From the human T2T-CHM13v2.0 reference genome, Homo sapiens, in assembly GCF_009914755.1 (NCBI RefSeq), contig NC_060930.1: a DNA stretch of 64,000 bases, one strand, 5' to 3'. Positions 1 through 17,949 of this stretch are shown here, piece after piece; position 1 is the first letter of the stretch; each line of letters begins with the position of its first letter. The position numbers and the translations under genes are program-made. The notes under the pieces are model-generated. The model made no database searches. It was not told the DNA's origin and was given only the letters and a program-made list of their open reading frames with translations.

Positions 1-972
1 CCCAGAATGATAAACTTATCACCTCTCCAGCCCTCAGTTTGAAGCTGCAGCAGTAATTTCTGCTGGGTGCCAAAACTAAAATGAATGTGACTGTGCCATG
101 CCCTGCTCTGAGCTGTGGCTATAATGAGATTTGAATGGGAAGCCCCGGACACAATAAATCTGCGCCATATGTGACCATTTCCTGTGTCAGTTCCTTTCTC
201 ATAACCAGTGGAGAATTTTTTTCCCTCTCATGACCCCACACCATGACTCTGAAATCTTTCATGGCTGCTTATGGGCCTCAGGCTTTTTGCAGCAGTTGTA
301 TAAATAAATGAATTTGACAGCAAACATCATAACAGTTAGCAGTAATGTGTGTTCGCCACAAGTGCCTATACTACTCACTGGAGAAATGGCACAGGAAACA
401 GCTTGTTTTGTTACCTAAACAAAAGTAGTTTCGTTTGACAAGTGGTGAAAGAATTAGTCAAATAAACTTGAAATCCACTAGGACTTTTTTTTTTTTTGCC
501 AACTCTCCCTGCCAGGGGAATGTTCCCAGCTCCTGAGTGCCCATGACTCACAGAAGGTAAATTTCTCCCTTTTTATTCTGAGATAAAGATCTGCACTGGG
601 AATACAAAACCTTCGACTGATATTTTATATTAATCTTTTCAAGGCAAGAGTGTCATGCATGGGAACTCAGGTAGTCAAGAATTTCCAAGGAAGCCTGTGG
701 TAGAAATGCCAAGCAGGATGTTTCGGGAGGAAAGGAAAGGTGGTAATAATGACCCAACTCGGTGATTCCCATTGAAAGCAAATTGAAGCTTACAAGTGCT
801 TCTTTTCCTTTCACACTGCCTTTATTCAGGAACAAAAAATCTCTACACAAGTTGCTGAAGGAAAGGAAATTAGCATTTTCTCTGCATCTCATTTCTCCAC
901 CCTTCCTCTGGCATCTTAATGCCAATCCTGTTGTCTCTGCTGTGAAAGATGTTATACCACAGTGATTATTCT

Positions 973-1199
973 CAGGACTCTGGAGCAAACTGCCTAGGTT
1001 CAAATCCTGGCTCTGCTTCTTACCCTCTGTGTAACTCTAGGCAAATAACTTGGCCTCATTGCATCTCAGTTTTCTCCTTTGCAAAGTAGGAATAATAATG
1101 CTACGGTATCAAGCTCCTAAGGTGTCTGTGCCAATTAAATGTATTTTAAAAGGCTCAGAACAGTATCTAAAGCATAATATATATTATTATTATTATTAT
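973..1199 (+). mobile_element. MIR SINE
   Basis: ggttcaaatcctggctctgc...ctcagttttctcctttgcaaagtaggaataataa core and (TTA)n-like tail. Confidence 0.8.
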
Positions 1200-2321
1200 G
1201 CCAAACAGAGAGATTTGGAAAATAGTCTCTCTAGCAGTACTAGAAATTTTTTCCACGATGGCTTGATATTGGCAGCTAATCTCAGAAATGAAATTTAAAA
1301 CTTTTTGGGGAAAATCATAATAGGAGCTTCATGTAAACCATTATGATTAATTTCAAGGTACAGTACAACACTACTTGAAATAAAAATATCACCTGGACCT
1401 TGAAATTTTTTCTTATATGAAGGTTATTTTCACACTTTTAAAGGTGTTTACACTTTATCATAAGTGGCCAAGTAACTATTGCCCCTAGAATCTTCTCATA
1501 TTGCACAGAAGTATCACTGATTAGGAGAGCAAAACTCAAGAGTTATCACAAACTAATAAATCTTAGTCCAGGTATATGTTCTATTTTGGTTTTGGTTTTG
1601 TTTTTAATTTAATTATTAAAATGCATTCACTGAAGTATTTTGCTTGTGTGACAATTACAAGAAAGTGCCATAAAATTTTAGAAGGTATGGACAGTAATCA
1701 ACATGAACAATAATTTCCTATTACAGACAGCCTGCTACCTACACTATAGATTCCCAGTGTCTTTATTTTAATTAAATAAAAAATCCACTTGAATATACAT
1801 TTCTCCATATTTAAACTTCCAGACTATAGTGAAAAGTCACAAATATAAACAAATTAAACTATTGTAAAGATAAATGAACGGTTAACGTTTTGCTCTGAGA
1901 GCAATGCCAATAAAACTTGAAAGGGTGTTAACTGAGGGTAAAAAAAAACATATGCCTTTATAAGACAATGAAGAACCAGTAGGGGGACAGAATAAATATA
2001 CAGTTAAAAATCGGTTGGTTGTGAATTGGGGTTAAGGATTGACAGAAAACCAAATACATAAGTGGCATCCCTCTATTGTAAAGCAAGTTTAAGTACAACT
2101 CCATTTCTAGTAAAATCAATGGAAAACCCCATTTTGTCACTGCTGCCCATGTATAGACTGCATTGCTACATCTAGGAAACCTCTCAGAAATTGATCTATG
2201 AGAAATGACTTTTTCCCCAAGGCAATTTCACTGCTGTGGAATGTCATCTGATAAAATGGCTCCCTTGCTACTTCCAAATCCTTTCCCAAGATCAGCTTCT
2301 AGGATGTATTTCCTAACTCAC

Positions 2322-2395
2322 CTTAGGATTTCCAAAGGTGAAGATTTAATGCTGTGAATAACTCCAGCTCTTCAGACCAGACATTGCCACCAACC
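2322..2395 (-). other. Candidate 74-nt exon on the minus strand (speculative)
   Basis: Minus strand: cctgtgtttattcag|GGTTGG...CCTAAG|gtgagt; lies in non-repeat DNA; stops in all three frames. Confidence 0.2.
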
Positions 2396-2761
2396 CTGAA
2401 TAAACACAGGCCTTAGCAATGTCATGTTTGGTTGACCAACCACTGCTATTGCCCCTTAACTAGCAAATAAATACTGCCACCTTGTAAAGTCTGTTTTTCT
2501 GAGTTAAAGAGAACACTGAAGGGAATAGATGAACTTTAAAAGACCAGTAGCCTTAATCAAGCATGTAGATCTGTGAAAATAACTGCTCAGCTATTTCTTC
2601 ATTGTTTTCCTTGTATGTGTGTGAATACATATAAGCCTAGCCTTGCACTTCCCCATTATCTTATTGGTATCTTAATGACTAGTTAATAGGATCATTAACT
2701 AGTCATTAACCATTGAGCAGAGGTAACTAGTGTCCCTTTTGGGCCATACTATTTAATTGAA

Positions 2762-2982
2762 AGAGGTGGTGAACTACAAGCCACAGGCCAAATCAGGCCC
2801 ACTGGCTATTGTTATAAACAAAATTTTATTGGAACACAGCTATACGCATTTGTTTATGTATTGCCTATGGCTACTTTGCACTACAACAGCAGAGTTGAGA
2901 AATTGTGACAGAAACTGTATGGCCTACAAAGTTAAAAATATTTGCCACCTGGCCCTTAACAGAACATGTTTGCCAGTCTCTG
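2762..2982 (+). mobile_element. MER58A (hAT-Charlie MITE)
   Basis: ggccaaatcaggcc...ttttattggaacacagc...tacaacagcagagttgag...tttgccagtctctg follows the MER58A consensus end to end. Confidence 0.88.
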
Positions 2983-3034
2983 TTCTAAGAGTTCTGAGTT
3001 TGTCTCTTGAGACAGTGACCAGAAAAGTATGAGA

Positions 3035-3150
3035 TGGAAGCTGATCTTTCAGCTTGAGTTCCTGCCAACCAAAGATGGACAAGAAGTACAAACGAGAAAT
3101 AAGCCTTTGTTGTTTTAAGCTGTTGAGATATATACAGCATCAGGGTAGAC
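3035..3150 (+). mobile_element. MLT1-type (MaLR) LTR 3' fragment
   Basis: gagaaataagcctttgttgttttaagctgttgagat, typical MLT1 3' motif. Confidence 0.5.
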
Positions 3151-5087
3151 TAGGTTAGGATGTCAGTACTCTGATGGATGCAGCATCTATAATATTCTTA
3201 GATGCATCTTTTCCTCCGAACATATATACTATCTCCTGCTTCAGGGAAGAGGATAAAGAACATAAGGGAACTCTTCTTTTGTCCCCAGGAGACCTAGGAT
3301 GAAAACAGAAACATAACACAATTTTCTCTCTAAACACAAGTTTTCTTTACATAATTTATCATAATATTCACTTTTTCTAATACCTGAGCATCAGTATTCT
3401 CTGTTAAAGCTCTTTGTAAAACTAGTTCTATGAATCTCTTCAAATTTGCCTTCTTTTCCAGTGTGATATAAAGATGAAATTTACTTGACATACTGCGCAC
3501 AGATTACTGAAGTAATTAGGTAAAAATATTTTCATAAGCCCAGAATTGGGATGCTCTAGTCTCTGAGAATGAGTTATTATATTTGGGCTTTGCTTTAATA
3601 TGGGTGAAAAATGCACACAGCTGGCTCTGCTTGCTCATTTTGCTATGTCCAGGTCTTCTCCTTTGGAGGAAAAAGAAACAGGGCAAGTTGAGTGAACAGC
3701 TTGCCTCTGCTTCTGCTTTTTGGAGGCAGAAAGTGATGGAGACCAAAATGAGAGTATAATGTTCCTTGTGTCAGCTATAGAAGGGAAAGCCTAGGGGAGT
3801 CTTACCAATAGAAGCTCTGTGACCTGAGGAATAGAAACAGTAGATTGAAGTGTCAATTTCAGTTGATTTTCTTCCTAATCCTGCTGACTTTGAAAACAGA
3901 CAGGCTACCATGCACCTCAGTTTCCTTATTATGCATACAAAGCAATATACCTGGATACTTACCTAATACAGGGAGAATACATAAAAGTTATTTGTACTAA
4001 TGTCTGGGAGACATGGCAGGGGAAAATATATTGAAAAAGGAGGCTTTTACCCAAACAATCAGCTAACTAGCAGTAATAAATAGGATCCAGAAGAAAGAGT
4101 GAATAAGAAACATGGTGAGATCAACCAGATACCATTTAGTCAGTTGAACAAATCAACTATGAAGATTTTTTTACAAACAAATTTGCTAGAGTTCTTACAA
4201 ATAAGATTCTGGCTCAGAGGATTTCAGGTAAATTACTTCTAAGTTATCCTTTAAGTTCAATGACTCCTCCTGAAAACTGATGTATCATAATTCAGCAAGG
4301 TGAGCAAATTTTAAGGACAATTCGGGATCCAATTTTGAGTCAGAAAACATAACTAGATTACAGAGATACACAATTGACACTAAACACTGGGAGACAGAAT
4401 GGCTTACTTATACCAAAGGCTTTATTCAAACTTTGAGGCAAAGTAGTGGCTGGAACTATAAGAACAAATACCAAAAAATATATTTACAGATGCCAATCAG
4501 ACAACAAACACAATATATAGGCTCAGGATGGGAAAGTATACCTGATTAAGCAAAATTGTACCTTATTTTCAACCATATATAAGGTTAAAGAACTATAAGC
4601 AGCTGTGTACTATGGTCTGCATATAGAAATACTTCAGGACCATCTCTTCAATTTGGATGATGTATGGCATAGACTCAGGAAATCATAGTAATCCTAGGTT
4701 TTATTCCATCACATCAGATTTTGGTAAATTCCAGGGGCAGTGTGAGTAATACAGAGGAAAAAGAGGAAAGAATGTAATTTTCTAGCTCTTCCATTGTATA
4801 GTTGTGATATTGTAATCATTGATTTTATACTATTTATTGACCATTTGCCATTATCCTGATAATGAATTCAACTTTGAGATTATAATGGTTAAAAATTAAA
4901 CGAGAGACAGTGTTTGCCTTCATGGAGCTTACTCAGTCATGTTTTTAGAAACAAATTCTCCTTCTCTTTTAGAGACAATGAGCTCATGAGCAACTTGAGT
5001 ACAGATATCAGCCTTATTCACCTTTGCATATGTCCTTCTGCTCCCATATACTCAACCAGTGCCCGATATACAAACCAAGAGAGAAGA

Positions 5088-5232
5088 AACATCAACATTT
5101 CCTGAGTATGTACCATGTTCCAGCTATTCTGAAAGTCTTTCAACCAACAGTTCTTATTTTATTTAATTATCATAGCAAACTGAGCGGTGTGTTTTTATTG
5201 CTTCCATTTTCCAAATAAGAAAGTTGAACTTG
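5088..5232 (-). mobile_element. MIR SINE fragment
   Basis: aacatttcctgagtatgtaccatgttccag...ccattttccaaataagaaagttga, reverse MIR. Confidence 0.6.
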
Positions 5233-5249
5233 TAGCTGTACTTGAAGGA

Positions 5250-5430
5250 CTGTGAGATAACAGAACTAAATGTTAGAAGCAGCCTGGTTCCCTGAGTCAC
5301 CACCAGGAGGGCAGCTACCAGGAGAGTCACCCAACCTTCTTCAGGCTGAGATGTGAGTAAAACAAAGTTTTTCTATTCTTAAACAACTGAGATTTGGAGA
5401 TTATTTGTTAATTGGAGTAACTCTGTCTCA
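5250..5430 (+). mobile_element. MLT1-type LTR fragment
   Basis: agcctggttccctgagtcaccacc...aactgagatttggagattatttgtta. Confidence 0.6.
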
Positions 5431-7354
5431 TACAATATCCATGTTTTATGTAAATAAAGAAAATTTAAAAAGTAAGTACATACAGAGAGGCAATGAACAA
5501 ATAATGCTGAGGTCCCAGTTAGTTTAGAAGCAAAAGGAAGAGAAAAATACAAGCAATCTGACATTGTGACCTACACTACAGCTACCATTTAAAGAGGCTC
5601 CAAGGGGATCTATAGGACATCGTTGTCTTCATTCTGTGCTCTTGGAAGTTCACTAAGAAATGACTGTGGATAAGGTTTGCCCTGCTAGATATTCCCCCAC
5701 TTGATGGCCAGCTTAAAACTGATTTAGAAGATTTTAGAGACTGCTAGGGATTCACAGCTTTACTAAGGTCTGAAAAGCAAGCACTTAAGCAGCATACTGC
5801 ATGCCAAGAAACAAAATCAGAAGGTACAAGCAGCTGGTTTGACCTTTGAGAAAAGTTTGGCAAAAGGGCAAGAGCATATTTATAACTCCTATGGGACAGT
5901 TCATGTGCTTTCCATTGGACTTGCTCTGTGTCAAAGGCCAATTTCCATCCATTATGATTCACTAAGTTAGTTTTATGAATATTATGTTTAGAGAAAATCA
6001 CACACTGGGTCAAAAGCAAAATTAGAGCATATCCATCATTGGGAAGTTTATCATTTCACCAACTATAAAATTCTTTTTGCTTGAATTTAAGGCTGATTTT
6101 CCCTGAAATACATGATTTTCCAGATAAAACTAGCCACTGATCTTTCAAGAATAGTTTTCTGGGTCAATAGAAGCCGCCTTCTGGGAAAATATTACACCCC
6201 ATTACACATCTGGCCAATTCTTTGAGGCCATTCAAACTGTTAGGAGTAAGAGTGGGAGAATTCCTTCCTGTCCTCTGAGACAATCATTTTATACCCCAAA
6301 ACTTCAACCTCGTTATTCTTATCTTAGGGCATAATTACAATGTTATTATTGGTCATAAAATTAACCAGATTTTCCTCTCTTTTCTTTTCCTCTTCAGCAT
6401 TTGACTCCCTGACCTTCTTCAACAGAAAAGTCTATGGGCTGATTATACGCTAAGAATAGAAGTATTTCCTCTTATTTGTTTTAAATTTTCCCACTGTTAA
6501 TTTCTTTGAGAGCATACTTGTTCTCATATTACAAAACAATGTTAAAAAAAATTTTTTTAAAGAATTTTTACTACTTCTATAAAATCTGAAAATTTTTGCT
6601 CTTGTATCCCAGTGTTTCTGAGATTGGTCCCTTTCGTTATCTCACCATCCAGAGGTCCTAGCCTACATTTACGTTGGCCTATAGTTACATGATTCAACTT
6701 ATAACCTAAGGCCCCTTGCCAGTTGCTCCCTGCACTTCACTTTACTATTTCCCGAAGCAACTTCTTTGTTTTAGTTGAGGAGGGTTGCTACCTTCCTGTG
6801 GCAGTGGTTGCCAAAGTATTGTTTTAAGAATCATTACCAGGCCATGTAAGGACTTGGTAGAAAAAATGGTTTTATAGGTTAGCAGTCTGCTGGTGTGAGG
6901 GGTGGAAGATATGGTGGAGCCTTGGAAAACTCACTGTCAGGAAAACACAGCTATACCTCCTATGCAAACACTTTGCTCAACAGCACTTAGGCACAACTTA
7001 CCTGCTGTCTAACCCAGAACTCCATCCAAATTCCATTCCACTTATCCACGTCTGACACTTCTTAAGTTTCTATAAAGATTTTTCTAACACTCTTTCTCTG
7101 CTGATCACTGGCTGACAAAATTCATTCTATAATTCACTCTGAAATTGACAGCATTGTCCTAGATGGATGGCATGCTTGGATGACAGCACCTAAATCTTAC
7201 CTAGAGATTCAAGGTGAGAAGGTTTTTGAACCCTTAATTCATGTTCACCTTGTAAAGAAGGATGATCATCCTTCTACTGTTTATATTAAAATGATTAGAC
7301 TTGGTAATCTTTAAAACCACAACAAAAGCTGGACTTCTTTCCAAAGAACCAGAA

Positions 7355-7822
7355 CGCTTTACCTCTGACTTTGTCTTCTGCTAATTCCCTTCCTGGTCAT
7401 TCTGCTCAAGCCACTCTGACTTCCTTGCTAATCCTCACACACTGCAGGCACTCTCCCCACTTGGGGACTCTGCCAAGGCAGATCTCTCTACTTTTCTCCC
7501 AGGTGTTCCTGTGGCTCAATCCCACACCCTCTTCTCTGTCTCCTTCTCAGTGAGGCCTACTTTGGTCAGCCTATGTACAAGCATTCTTTTTGCTTCCTAT
7601 GATGCTCTACATTTTTTCTTTTGTCTATAGCACTTATAACTTTATAATCTACTAGAGAATTTACTTATTTATTATGTATATTACTTAGTCACTCCTCTAA
7701 GTAAGCTAAGAAAGTAAGCCCTATGAGAGCAGGGTTATTTGTCTAGTTTTGACACTTTACAACTAGCCAGAAAAGCACCAGGCACATAGTAGACTCAGTA
7801 ATATGTGTTAAATTGAATAAAC
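7355..7822 (+). mobile_element. L2 (L2a-like) 3' end
   Basis: gtaagccctatgagagcagggttatttgtc...ccaggcacatagtagactcagtaatatgtgttaaattgaa, L2 terminus. Confidence 0.8.
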
Positions 7823-9410
7823 TTAATGCATCCATTCGTTTTCAATGATTAACTCTAGAATTTTCCTGATTCGCTCAGATTGAAATTGAACATTCAAGTT
7901 GAAACTATGATCTACTCACTTGCATGTTTGAAATCTACAAGGACAACTTTCTAAAAATATTTTGCAAGGACTGTATATTTCATATGTCTTTCAGAGGCCA
8001 GATATGAAGTTACATTTTCTCAGGTACTCCACTTTCTCTTGGTTTTCAGAAAAGTTGATGTTCTTGCCCTCCTGAAATCATGGCACCAAAAACGGGGATG
8101 TAAGTTCTTTCATTGTCAAGAGTGAATGAGAAGGAAAGGGGAAAAGAGGAGCAGGGAAGAAATGGATAATACTATTTCTAGTACCCTTCCTTCACAGAGA
8201 GGAATGAATTAAACATGAGGCAAGAAGGTCACCAAGTTAGTTAGGCATATGAATTAAATCAGATTGTCTGAAGAAAGTACTCTATGAAGATAGGGCACAG
8301 AGAAAGAATACAACAAAAATCAGATGATAAAAAATGAAAAAAAAAAGTTGCATTTGTATGGCACATTTTAATATGTTAAGTACTAATAATAACTCTTGCC
8401 ATTATGTGTTAATAATAGATCCTTTTCTGTATCAGCTATATTGTATGCATTATATATAAATGTTGACAACATGAAAGATAATTCCTGTATTTCTATTCTA
8501 CAGATAACTAAACCTAAGCTCATGGTGTTAAATATCCATAGACACCCATCTATTCAGTGGCCAGCAGGGCCTGAAGCCATATGATAGCCACCATTGCACA
8601 CATTTTGCCACCATGTCACCTGTTATCATTTGCCCTTCACAACAACTTTAAAAGGCAGAAATAAGAGGTGGGATTTCCATTTGCCTGATGAAAAAACTGA
8701 GTTTCTTAAAATTTAGTACTTGCCCAAAGACAAAGTGAATTAATTAAATACTGGTCTCTTGACATCTGTGTCTAATGTTCTTGTCATAACATGATGTTCT
8801 TGTCATAACATGATGCTCTTGGTGTTGGTAATAAAACTAATGTTTCTCAAATAGAGGATGAATTTGTGAGTTAGTAAATCAGTTCAGTTTTGACACTGCA
8901 ATCTCCAAAGAGATCCTAAAATTATTTTCATATTTTCAAACGATGTGGATTAATACTCAGTATCAGATTGCATTCTACAAATAGTATTGCCTTGAGATCC
9001 ATCCACTTGAATTAACCAAAAAATACTACTAATTAACTAGACTTGAGAAAGGGCTGGTACTAGGCAATGTGACTTTTTTATGTCATATGTCACCTGGATT
9101 ACATTTTCACTCTGATGTACATGTCATTGACAGCAGTAGGCTGCTAGAATTTGACACCATGAATTTATCTGATGAAGTGCACAGAAAGAGATCTGTTTAT
9201 TAATTCGTAAGCACAATCTAGAGCCATTTTATAATACAGTATTTCCCCCTTCACAGAATGAATCAGTACTTGACTGATTTAAGTATAAAATGCCTTGGTT
9301 TGTTAAACACAACCCCATATTGGGGAGAATTGGACTTGGGTTCTACTAGCAGTTGTCCCAAAATTTGCTATTCTTAAACAAGTTGTCTTCCCTCTCAGGA
9401 CTTCAAAGTC

Positions 9411-12851
<3,441 letters not shown>

Positions 12852-12949
12852 GTGGGATTCGATTAAGTAAATTATCATTGATGTGCCTTTCAGCATTCAC
12901 CACCAAAAGTATTTTATCACCTAGAGATCACCAAGCTACTACCCAATCT

Positions 12950-13291
12950 AATGGCAAACGCTGGCTCTTTTCATTTCTTACGAACCCTCCATCTCCAACA
13001 TACTAAACAGGGAAACTTGTCTCTCCAGTCAAACCTCCTTCTTTTCCACATTCACTCTAGTCTTCAGTTGTTCAGCCCTTTCTGGGCTTCCTCCCATTTC
13101 ATACCTAACAGCAACTCCTTTCTTCATCATTCACTTAATGCTCAAATAAGTATTCTCACTCCTCCCAATCTCTCAACCTTCATTCTTCTCCCATGTTCAC
13201 ATTGAAAATCCCCAGTTCTTGGCAAAGCTATGTATCCACTGCCATCACTTTTGCTTCTGGAAAGTTTAAGAATTCTGTAGAAAATCACATA

Positions 13292-13332
<41 letters not shown>

Positions 13333-14340
13333 ACTGAGTTCTGTGTCATTTGGTGCTATCACAAATGCTTTATTTCCAACCTTAATTGAGCCTTCAGTAC
13401 TAATCAACTCATCTTCCATTCATCTCTAGTTAAAATTCTTTTCTGTTCAAAGTTTGACCTCTTGCTATTCTTCTACCTCCATGACTTAGTCACTGATTTC
13501 TCAAACAAATCTGAGGACACTTTTACCAAAACCTTTTAAAAATATTCACTCTTCCTTACCTCCCTCCGACATGGTTATTCTTCCTTTTCCCTAGGTATAG
13601 TTTCTACACAAGTGACCTTGTCCCAGTCTACTCCTCCTTGAACATCACAAGTTAGTCTCGTCCATTTTTTTCCCATTTCTTAGATGTTCAAAATTCTTCC
13701 CATCAACTGACAGATGCATAAGTTTTCTATATAATAAACATCACCTATCTTTTTTTTCCACTTACTGTCAAACTCTTTGAAAAGCTAAGTTTTCTTATGA
13801 TTTTGTTTTATATTAGTATTTATTGTTTAATTTTTCTCATGTTTTTGATAAATCTCAATCCACTGACATCTAGATTTTGCCCCAATCACTCTGTCAACAC
13901 TATTCTCAGTAATGTTATTAGAGGCCTTTATTTTCTGATTTAATCATTTTGACTTAATTATAACATTTTTTGCTGTTCTTGAAATGTTCTTTGGATTTAA
14001 CTCTTAGGGCATCACTATCTCCTTATTTCTCTCTTATCTTTGTTTCTCCTCAACTGTGGTATGTATTGTTGTTTTTTGCTGTTTTGGTGGCTTTCCTTGA
14101 CCTGATCATTTATGAAGTGGTATTCTTCAGGGTTCAGTTATTTGTCAACACATATGTCCCCTGCACAAGTGCACATTCATACACACACATAGAAAGGGAG
14201 AGAGAGATTCATGTACTAATAGGCCCCAAAATCATCATCTGTCCTGAATAACAGAACTGTATTCTCAGCCACTTTTCTCTATGAAGGCATTTCACACATG
14301 GCTCAAACATAACACTTTCCCATTGGCCCTCCATGCCTCC
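12950..14340 (+). mobile_element. Highly diverged L2 internal fragments
   Basis: ctcaatccactgacatctagattttgccccaatcactctgtcaacactattctc resembles the L2 RT-region consensus; boundaries approximate. Confidence 0.5.
13295..13331. repeat. (CA)18 microsatellite
   Basis: Direct reading. Confidence 0.98.
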
Positions 14341-14464
14341 ATGTGAACCATATACTTACTATCTACTACTTAACAATTATTTGACTTAAGAGACCCAGAA
14401 AACAAATGGCTTATGTATTCCTTATTATACAGGCACGTTTATACAAAAAGATTTCTTTAGAACA

Positions 14465-14665
14465 ACTTCTAACATTTACCTAGAACTGACCATGTGCCTG
14501 GGACCTTGTGAAGTGGTTTACAAAGATTGTAGCAAATCTAATCATTACAATAAACCTAAATAGTCCATGTTATTTTTATCTCTATCAAGATGTAGAGATA
14601 GACTAAAGAGAAGTTCAGAAATTTGCTGAACAAATAAGTGATGGAGACAGAAAACCCATCCAGCC
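14465..14665 (-). mobile_element. MIR SINE
   Basis: aacatttacctagaactgaccatgtgcctggg...agagaagttcagaaatttgct. Confidence 0.6.
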
Positions 14666-14774
14666 CAGCTGGTTCAGCGGATGAGATTGCCTCCAGAAGA
14701 CAATATGGGCAGCTTCATTAAAAACATGGGATGGCAGTGGTATAGCCATTACCTCCTTTGCTCATTGAAAACAA

Positions 14775-15030
14775 TAACAACAATAATAATACCAGATGAC
14801 ATGTACTGAGTGACTGAGTGCTTACAATGAGACAACTGCTGTTTTAAGTGCTTTATAAGCATTAATTCATTTAATCTCCACAATAAAAAGGTATTACTAT
14901 TACTCCCATTTTACAGATGAGGGAAATGAGGCATATAGGGCTTAAGCATCTTTTTCACTTTTAAGTAGCTTGCAGAAAGTGAACCCAGGCAATCTGATTC
15001 AAACCCCCTGTCCTTGACCTCTACATTATA
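14775..15030 (-). mobile_element. MIR SINE
   Basis: cccattttacagatgagggaaatgaggca core; gaacccaggcaatctgattc B-box region. Confidence 0.85.
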
Positions 15031-15399
15031 TTATTTTACTATATAAACAATTAGTTAAGTTTCTTAAAGTAGCATTGAGTGCTGAGTCCTAGGTACCCCA
15101 TTCCCGCCTCTCTTACCACCTCACCACCACCACCATGCCACCTGGCTTCATCTTAATAATTAATATTCTTGCTGTTATGATGCTTTTTTTAAAATTTTCT
15201 CCCTCCTACCTGCTTTCAGCTTGTTAGTTTTTAACAATGCCTGCAAATGTTTTCTTTCTCAGTTCCAAAAAAATGCTACTACATTCTGGTCTCATCCTGG
15301 ATAATCTAATTTTACTGATCTTTTTCACAAGCCACACCTCCACCACACCAGCAAAAAAATGAACCACTTAAAACCACTACCACTCTTCCATATGGATTT

Positions 15400-15738
<339 letters not shown>

Positions 15739-16451
15739 TTCCATATAGATTTGTAAGTCGTGAGTAACCACAAAATTTTACTGTTCAAATCAAGAGTTGG
15801 TGCTATTACAATTATGTTGGGACTGTGTGTATAAACAGACTGTGCTGAGTAAACTGAGTGGTACAGTCACATCACTTCTGACCCACAGAAGACAACACAG
15901 CTGTACTGCCACATTGTCACTGCAGAGATTTCCTTGCTAACAGATTTCCCACTGACAATGATATTATGGTTTCTTCCAATGGCACTGACTATAAAAAAAT
16001 TGGAAATTCTGCTGGGATCTATGAATAACAACAAGCACAAAGAAAACAATGTTGCCAAAATTTTAAAACAAAAATTGAAGAATAAAGGAATAAGATTTAA
16101 GGTTTTAAGTCTATTATAACCAATGGCAAGTAGACAAAGCTGAATAAAAATGGACTTAAAAGTATTTAATAATATTTCTTTAAATCAGCAGGATTTAAAG
16201 AACAGAGACCTTACTTCTTAAAGTCTTTTCAATAAAATCCACAGTATAATCTCATTGAAAACACTCATCTTGTTAAATAAACATTATCTAATGAACAAAG
16301 GATTTTCTCAAAATCCTTTCATATCTTGTTATTCTCAAGTATAAATTGAAGCTTTCAACTTGTCTTTATAATGTAACCTCAATCTCAACCCTCTAACCCT
16401 TCTCCATAGCACTTAATACTGTTATTCCTGAAACATAAATATTGCTTTGCC

Positions 16452-16542
16452 AGAGAAGAAGAAGAAAAATGAAGAGGAGTAGGAGGAGAAGAGGAAGAAG
16501 AGGAGGAAGAAGAAGAGGAAGGAGAGGAGGAAGAAGAAGAAA
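16452..16542. repeat. (GAA/GAG)n polypurine tract
   Basis: gaagaagaag...gaggaggaagaagaagagg, about 90 bp almost all purine. Confidence 0.92.
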
Positions 16543-17949
16543 TCTTTAAGTCCATAGTTTATTAAATTGGTAGGAATCAGGACATAATTTGTATCTATGT
16601 AACATATTCCTAGGATTCATTTCTATAGTTATTCAGCTTGAAGCAGTGTTGTGTTTACCTGACTCTCAAAAACTGATACTCTTGACACTCAGAGAAAGTT
16701 ATTTTATAGGTTATGAAAATGATGACTGATGGCTGCCTTATATCCTTGGTTTAAAATAATAACAACATGGATATATGTGAATATCTCTGAAAAATATATT
16801 AACAATAAATTTCTACGTTTTGTAGAGGCTAAAAGGTAGAAAAAATTCTTTATGTAACAGGGATTCTAAATGAAATTTTTAATTCCCTCTCTTCCCCCCT
16901 TTACTATCTTGTGTCTGTTGTACATTTGAATACGAAGAGCAGAAGAAAAATGGCACAAGCCCAAAGTGAAATTTTGAGGTAAGAAAAGTTTGCGTTGATG
17001 GTCCTTTTGCTTCTTGAAAAATAACCTGTTCCACACTGGGGCTCCCAAAACTACATCTATTTCTTCAGAAGAAAGAATCTGTCATCTTTATTTGAATTGT
17101 AATAAAAACTTCTTCTAAGAAGCTAGCACTCAGTTTGCATTTACAAATATGAACATTTAAAAAATCTCTAGTTGTGGACTGAAAGGAATTAAAGCACCAA
17201 GTTTCAAGCAGTGCTGTGGTTTTTAGAAAAGTCTCTTCTCATTGTTTGCAAACCTGTAGCACTTGGAAGGCTACTCTGCAGCCAGTTCTGCTTTAAAGAT
17301 TTGGAAGTGATGGGCAGACACAAAGTCAGCAGAGAATGGTAGCTGATCTTTAATCATAGATACATCAGTGATCCCTGGAAAGAAGAAAATGGGGCTGAAG
17401 CTTCCAGAAGGTTAGTTCTCAGAAGCAGTAGAGCAAGGTTCACGAGAGCCATCATGAATATCACCCAACTAAGCAAAAATCTGTCCAAATGTCTAGAAAG
17501 TGGCTATCTTAAGTCTCAAACCAAGGACTGAGAAACTCAACCCCTTCTGTGCAACCTCCCCTGATCCATTATGTAATCATCTCCTGCTCCAGAACTCTTA
17601 CCCTACTGTTTTCTATCTCATTATAAAGAGTTTATTTTCAGAACAGAAAGAGACAAAGCAAATGGATATCCTGCTCTAAAATCCATGAAGTTTAATAGGA
17701 TCAACAGCTAAGGATGGGATGAGCAAGCCAGGTTAGAGGTGGAACACAGGGGAATGTGGCCCTAGAGAAGTGTGCGTGGGATAGAGCCCCAGCTGATGGG
17801 ATATGAGGTCCAGAAACTACGTGTGTCATTGATAGTGGGAGATGGAAAAAATAAACCAAACTGACGACCAATCCTTGAAAATTAACTGTAAAAGAGAAGA
17901 GAGGAAAACAGTATTTAGTCTCACAGGTTTAAAAGGATACTCATAATTG

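Noticed and set aside
515-550. TEAD-like GGAATG plus AP-1 TGACTCA
   Set aside because: Short motifs occurring at about background frequency across the window; not supportable alone.
3955-3985. atacttacct...cagggaga resembling the U1 snRNA 5' end
   Set aside because: It follows cctcagtttcct and is explained by a MIR core; the rest of U1 is absent.
6996-7004. Perfect minus-strand donor CAG|GTAAGT (also strong donors near 35482 and 62353)
   Set aside because: No convincing acceptor at exon distance; such 9-mers are expected by chance in 64 kb.
8775-8812. 19-bp tandem duplication (also small duplications at 34594-34653, 35841-35860, 60593-60640)
   Set aside because: Ordinary slippage duplications of two copies; not a CRISPR-like or functional array.
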